A stretch of DNA of 64,000 bases from assembly GCF_009914755.1 (NCBI RefSeq), contig NC_060935.1; one strand, given 5' to 3'. Shown in pieces: positions 55,401 to 64,000 of this stretch (the stretch's first letter is position 1; each line of letters opens with the position of its first letter). The notes under the pieces were generated by a model that was not told the DNA's origin, ran no database searches, and saw only the letters and a list, made by a program, of their open reading frames with translations. A program made the position numbers and the translations under genes. This DNA comes from the human T2T-CHM13v2.0 reference genome, Homo sapiens.

Positions 55401-56961
55401 GAATCTGCAAGAGTCACAGTGTTCCTGGGCTTGGGGTGCCCCCTAATGCATATACAGCCCCAGTAACCAAAGAGTTAGATCACAACACTCAAAACCCTTT
55501 GACTACTGGGAAAGCCTTCCCAAAAAGAATGGGTACAAACAAGCCCAGACTGCAAATATTACAATAAATGCCTAACTCTTCAATGCCCAGACAACAACAA
55601 ACATCCACAAACATCAAGAACATCTAGGAAAACAGTCTCCCCAAATGAACTAAATAAGGCACCTGTGACCAATCCCAGAGTGACAGTGATACATGGCATT
55701 TCAGACAGGGAATTCAAGGTATCTGTTTCGAGGAAGCTCAAAGACATTCAAAATAACACAGAGAAGGAATTCAGAAACCTATCATAAATTTAACAAAGAG
55801 ATTGAAATAATTTTTAAAAATCAAATAGAAATTCTTGAGCTGAAAAATTCAATGGGCATACTGAAGAATGCATCTGAGTCTCTCAACAGCATAACTGATC
55901 AAGCAGAAGAAAGAATTAGTGAGCCTATTTAAAAATACACAGAGGAGAAAAAATAATAAAAAAGAATGAATCATGCCCATGAAATTTAGAAAATAGCCTC
56001 AAAAGGGCAAATCTAAGAGTTATTGGCCTTAAAGAGGAAGTAGAAAAAGAAATTGGGATAAAAAATTTATTCAAAGTGACAATAAATTTTTTAAACTTCC
56101 AAATCTGGAGAAAGATATCAAGATTCAAGTACAAGAAAGTACTAGGACACCAAGGAGATTTAACCCAAATAAGACTACCTGAAGACATTTAATAATCAAA
56201 CTTCCAAAGGTAAAGGATAAAGAAAGGATACTAAAAGCAACAACAGAAAAGAAACAAATAACATATAATGAACCTCCTGTACATCTGGCAGCAAATGTGG
56301 CCTCCTACCGGCCAGGAGGGAGTGGTATGATATAGTTAAAGTAGTGAAGGAAAAATCTTTTATTCTAGAATAGCATATCCAATCCAGTGAAAATATCCCT
56401 CAAACATGAAAGAGAAATTAAAAACTTTTCCCAAACAAAAGCTGAGGGATTTCATCAGCACCAGACTTGTGCTACATGAAATGCTAAAAGGGGATCTTCA
56501 GTCTGAAAGAAAAGGACATTAATGAGCACTAAGCAATCATCTGAAGGTGCAATCACTGGTAACAGTAATTACACAGTTTATACCCAATTTTATAACACTG
56601 TAATTATGGTATGTAAACTACTCATATCTTGAGTAGAAAGACTAACAATTAACCAATAAAAAATAATAACTATAACAACTTTTCAAGACATAAACAGTAT
56701 AATAAGATATAAATAGAAATGACAAAAAGTTAAAAAGTGGGGGATGAAGTTAGAGTGTTTATTAGTTCTCCTTTTGCTTGTTTATTAAATTGTTTGATTT
56801 TTTTCAGTGCTATTATCAGTTTAAAATAATGGGTTATAAGATGTTATTTGCCAGTCTCATGATAACCTCACATCAAAAAACCTAGAACAGATACACAAAA
56901 AATAAAAAGCTAGAAATTAAAATGTACCACCAGAGAAAATCACTTTCACAAAGAGGAAAAC

Positions 56962-57118
56962 AAGAAGGAAGGAAGGAAGAGAAGGGAAGGGAAGGGAAGA
57001 GGAGGGGAGGGGAGGGGGGGAGGGGAGGGGAGTGGGAGGGGAGGGGGAGGGGAGGGGGAGGGGAGGGGAGGGGAGGGGAGAAAAGGAGGGAAGGTGTGAG
57101 GGAGGGAGGAAGAAAAAA
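56962..57118 (+). repeat. G/A-rich polypurine low-complexity tract
   Basis: (GGAA)n/(GGGGA)n, ~155 nt with only three pyrimidines. Confidence 0.95.
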
Positions 57119-57242
57119 ACGTCACCAAATAATTAGAAAAAACTAACAAAATGGCAGGAGTAAGTCCTTACTAATCAATAATAACATTGAATATAAATAA
57201 ACTAAACTTGCCAATCAAAAAAATAGAGTGGTTGAATGGATT

Positions 57243-57244
<2 letters not shown>

Positions 57245-57284
<40 letters not shown>
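57245..57284 (+). repeat. (CA)n microsatellite
   Basis: ~20 CA units. Confidence 0.97.
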
Positions 57285-57289
<5 letters not shown>

Positions 57290-59387
57290 ACCTAGTGATC
57301 TGTTGCCTACAAGAAACACATTACCTATAATGGCACACACAGACTGAAAATAAAGGGATTGAAAAAGATGGTCCATGCAAATGGAAACCAAATAAAAAAG
57401 AACAGGAGTAGCTAAGCTTATATCAGACAAAACAGATTTCAAGACAAAAACTATAAAAAGAAACAAAGAAAGTCATTATATAATGATAAAAGGGTCAATT
57501 CAGCAAGAGGATGTAACAATTGTAAACATATATGCACTCAATACTGGAGCACCCATATGTATGAAGCAAACATTATTAGAGCTAAGAGAGATAGGCCCCA
57601 ATACAATAATAGCTGGCGACTTCAATACTCCACTTTCAGCATTGAACAGATTATACAGACAGAAAATCAGCAAAGAAACATCAGACTTATTCTGCACTAC
57701 AGACCAAATGAACCTAATAGATTCTTATAGAACATTTTATCCAATGGCTGTACAACACACATATTTCTCCTCAGCACATAGATTATTCTCAAGGGTAGAT
57801 CATGTGGTAGGCCACTAAACAAGTCTTTAAAGAGTTCAAAAAAATCGAAATTATATCAAATATCTTTTCTGATCACAATGGAATAAAACTAGAAATTAAT
57901 AACAACAGGAACTTTGGAAATTATATCAACACATGGAAATTAAACAATGTACTCCTCAATGACTAGTGTGTCACTGAAGAAATTAAAAAGAAAATTGAAA
58001 AAAATTTTGAAACAAATAAAGATAGAAAAACACATACCAAAACCCATGGGAAACAACAAAAGCAGCCTTAAGAGGGAAATTTATAGCAATAAGTGCCTAT
58101 ATCAAAAAAGTAGAAAAACTTCAAATAAACAACCTAAGGATGCATCTTTAAAAAAATAGAAAAGCAAAGCAAACCAAACACAAGATTAGTAGAAAAAAAG
58201 AAATAATAAAGGTAAAAGCAGAAATAAATGAAATTGAAACTAAAAAAAAAATGCAATAGCTCAATGAAACTAAAATCAAAGATGAAAGAGACGTTATAAC
58301 TGGCACTGCAGAAATTCCAAAGATCATTAGAAACTACTATGAGCAAGTATAGGCCAATAAATTGGAAAATCTAGAAAAAAATGGAAAAATTTTCAGTCAC
58401 ATACAACCTACCAAGACTGAACCATGAGAAAATCCAAAACCTGAGTAGACCAGTAACAAGTAATGAGATTAAAGCTGTAGTTAAAAAGTCTCCAGCAAAG
58501 AAAAGCCCAGAAAACAATGGCTTCACTGCTGCATTTTACCAAACATTTATAGAAGAACTAATACCAACTCTACTCAAACTATTCCAAAAAATAGAGAAAG
58601 GAAAACTTTGCATGTTCTCACTCATTTGTAAGAGCTAAAAATTAAAAAAAAAAAAATGAACTAGGAGATAGAAACTAGAAGGATGATTACCAGTGACTGA
58701 GAAGGGTAATTGGGGGCCGGGGAGAGGAAACTGGCGATGGTTAATGGGTACAGAAATATAGTTAGATAGAATGAATATGATCTAGTATTTGATAGCACAA
58801 CAGGGTGATTACAGTCAACAATAATTTACTGTACACTTAAAAATAACTAAAAGAGTATAATTAGAATGTTTGTAATACAAAGAAAGGATAAATGTTTAAG
58901 GCAGTGGACACTCCATTTACTCTGATGTGATTATTATGCATTGTATGACTGTGTCAAAATATCTCATGTATGCCATAAATATATATACCTACTATGTACA
59001 TACAAAAAGTTAAAAATATTAATAAAAATTTTTAAAGACCTCAATGTGGATGAATATAAGGACTAATCTGGTCAGATCCCCTAGTCCTTGGAAACCTGAC
59101 TCTCTGACATTCATTGAGAGGTAATCACACTAGTCCATGGCAGCTATCACCATTCCCAGCCCTTCTCTGTGACATCACATTTCCTCCCAACTCCTCCTTC
59201 ATAGCTGATGCAGATAATTTTTCACTCACTTCCTTCAGTGCTCATTTCTACTGGCCTTCCTCCCTCCTGGACCATCCGACAGTCCCTGAAGGGGACTGTT
59301 TCAAGCCCAAGATTTGAGGCCTGTTCCATCAGGACCCTATTGAGAAACAGATGAAATGCTCAAATTAGAGTAATTCAAGAATGAGTT

Positions 59388-59804
<417 letters not shown>

Positions 59805-60249
59805 GTTGTAGGAAACCACAAGAGAAAGTACAGGGCCCAGGGGCTAAAGAGCTAGTTACTGCCCTTAGGCCTGGATATAGTACAGAGAAGGTCACCTTCA
59901 AGGAGCTGTAACCTTTGGATCAGGAATGCAGCTAATCTGAGAAGACTTACATTGACAAAATTGGGGTAATAAATGCCCCAGCTTCACTCTCCTTCCCCCT
60001 TCTGATCTCCTGCTAGGGCTTCCCATTGGAGAAACCTAACTGGAATCCAAGGATAAAGCAGTCCCCTTATGCAGTCTATACAGGTCAGCCTCTTAAGGGA
60101 CAGAGCACATCTGGAGAGGTCAGTAGATTATATCTGATACCCAGGCAATTCCAGGCTCATCTCATCTCTAGCTGGCCTCACTCACAAAACCTCATCCATT
60201 ATGCTATTTACAGGGTTTATTAACCACATACTCCTATGTATTCTTCGAT

Positions 60250-61330
<1,081 letters not shown>

Positions 61331-61449
61331 TTCAACCACCAATCTGTCTTAATGCTGAGCCATATGGACTGATGCCTGTGACTTGAACCATGGAAGAACT
61401 GTTCATGGTAACATGAACCCAAGGAAGCGTGTGACTTTCATCACACAGA

Positions 61450-62275
61450 GCTCAGGTTGCCTGATTTCCTGGTCTTTTCTTTGATTCCACCATATCTTTG
61501 TGCTTTCACACACACGTCTAATTAATCCCCAAATCCTGTTAATTTTATCTTCTAAATTTTGGAGAAAAATCTAGGTGATAAAATTGTACCCTCCTGCCAA
61601 CTAACCACCTGTGTCTTGATTTAAGCTTTACTATCCCTCCCCTGAGCTGTAACATCCACTTTCTGGCTGGCCCCATACTCCAGTTTGTTCCCACTCAATT
61701 CCATTTCCACCAAAATGACCTTTTCAAGCTCAAATATGGTATGTAGCTTTCCTACTTAAAACTCCTTAATCGTGCCTCACTGCCTACAGGAGACAGTCCA
61801 GACTCACTAATAAAGCACACGAAGTCCTCCAAGGCCTGTTATGCCCAATTCCACATTCTTATTTCCCTATCAAAGCCTGCATCACATCATATGCTAATTC
61901 CCCAGGCACAGCATGCACTTTTACACCTCCATGTCTTGGTTCATGCTGTCCCTTCATCTGGAACATCTTCTTCCCACCCCCTTTGTCTTTGCCTATCTCC
62001 TTTCATGCTTTAAACTCATCCCCAAATCTCACCCTCACTCCCAGTGCCAGGATCCTAGAAGTCCCTCTTCATACTGCTCCAACCCGTGTGCATGCACTTA
62101 ACTCTGTCCTTACCTCTTAACATTGCCTCTGTCCTTGCACTTAACATAAGCTGTATTAATCTGGAATTATCTGGAAAAGTTCATTTTCTCTACTTATGGG
62201 CAGAAATTATGACTTCATCTTCTTTGTGTGCCCATGGCCCGAAAATACCTGAATAAGTGCTCGTTGAATAAATGT
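61450..62275 (+). mobile_element. L2 3' region
   Basis: aaatcctgttaattttatcttctaaat...tcctacttaaaactcctt...gttcatgctgtcccttcatctggaac...aagtgctcgttgaataaatg. Confidence 0.8.
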
Positions 62276-63162
62276 AGGAACTATTGTGAAATAGCATATT
62301 TCCCATAAGCTTCAAGGTTCTTTGCTGCTGCTGCCCCAACATGTCCATTATGTGGTTCACATATTGGTAAAAATATAAAATGGGCATGATCCTACAACTG
62401 AGAGTTTCTCACTTTGGGTAGGGCAGATACAAAAAAACTACTTTTACCTAAATACAGTGTTAAGGTTAGAATAGAGTAGTTTATATTGAGTGTGATCTTT
62501 GCTTCGAGTAAGGGAGAAAAGAGAATAATTACCATGAAATTTCATAAACTCTGCACAGGAAAGTCATCTCATCCAAGTCCCAGTCACCAGAAAAAGAATG
62601 AAGCCATCTTAGCTAGTCCAGGCCTCTCTTTATCTTTTAGTCACCTTGCCATGGAGGCAAATCGAGGTCTAGATTGAGGTAACTCAGCTCCTTACACTAT
62701 GCGGTTGTTCCAGCATGAGCCACTTCTTCCTGCTTACTTCCATGAACGGGCAGGTAGCAAAAGTATGAAAGCCAGTAGGCTCATTTTGGTAGCAAAAGCA
62801 GCAGGAGCCAATGGCCCAACCCCAGGAAGTCCATGAATTATTCTCTACGTTTAACTCCATAACAGCATCCACCGTCATTATCGACGCATCTCAGGAATCA
62901 TCAGGCACCATCCAGTTTGCTGGATGCACTGAGACAGTCAGTCCCTGAGTGAAGGAGCAGAGCTAGAAGAGGAAAAGTACAGACAGCCTTTAGGATGTGT
63001 AAATGAAGTGAGTCATTTAGTCAGGGGGGTGAGAGGGGTTGGGGTTTTAAAAAAAAGAATATAAGGAAAATTTGTTATATGATTTGTGGCCAGCACAGTC
63101 CAGAGGAGGAAGGTAGCACTTTTACTAAACAGAGGGGATGGCTTCCTGGCCATAAAGACTGA

Positions 63163-64000
<838 letters not shown>

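Larger units (their letters stand above)
53593..59035 (+). mobile_element. L1MA2/3-like element with complete 5' UTR and ORF1 but most of ORF2 deleted
   Basis: 5' gcaagatagccaaat; three ~310-350 bp UTR monomers (~54240, 54590, 54895); ORF1 ~55600-56520; ORF2 EN (57483-57818); L1MA 3' end tacctactatgtacatacaaaa. Confidence 0.9.

Noticed and set aside
56922-57149. Gly/Arg-rich and Pro-rich ORFs
   Set aside because: Artefacts of the polypurine tract.

Overview
Primate (human-like) AT-rich genomic DNA, mostly interspersed repeats. It holds a ~20 kb stack of nested L1s (two near full-length L1PB elements), a complete THE1D MaLR provirus, several solo LTRs, nine Alus (one very young AluY) and L2/MIR/MER5 relics. 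No intact protein-coding gene, RNA gene or CRISPR array is supported; nearly all ORF-track ORFs come from Alu, L1 or LTR sequence. Two signals stand out in the non-repeat islands. (1) At 0.3-4.5 kb on the minus strand there is a decayed, internally duplicated chain of exon-like segments: a 13/14-nt micro-exon, a hydrophobic TM exon and a short basic exon, with compatible splice phases and one copy partly inverted. The layout resembles a multi-TM Skint/butyrophilin-type pseudogene; that identity is inferred, not verified. (2) At 60.25-61.33 kb there is a ~0.8 kb fossil of a very ancient L1-clade reverse transcriptase resembling non-mammalian vertebrate L1s, still frameshift-free over 88 codons and split by the young AluY. 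Repeat subfamily names are from recognition of consensus motifs, not from a RepeatMasker run, and repeat boundaries are approximate.
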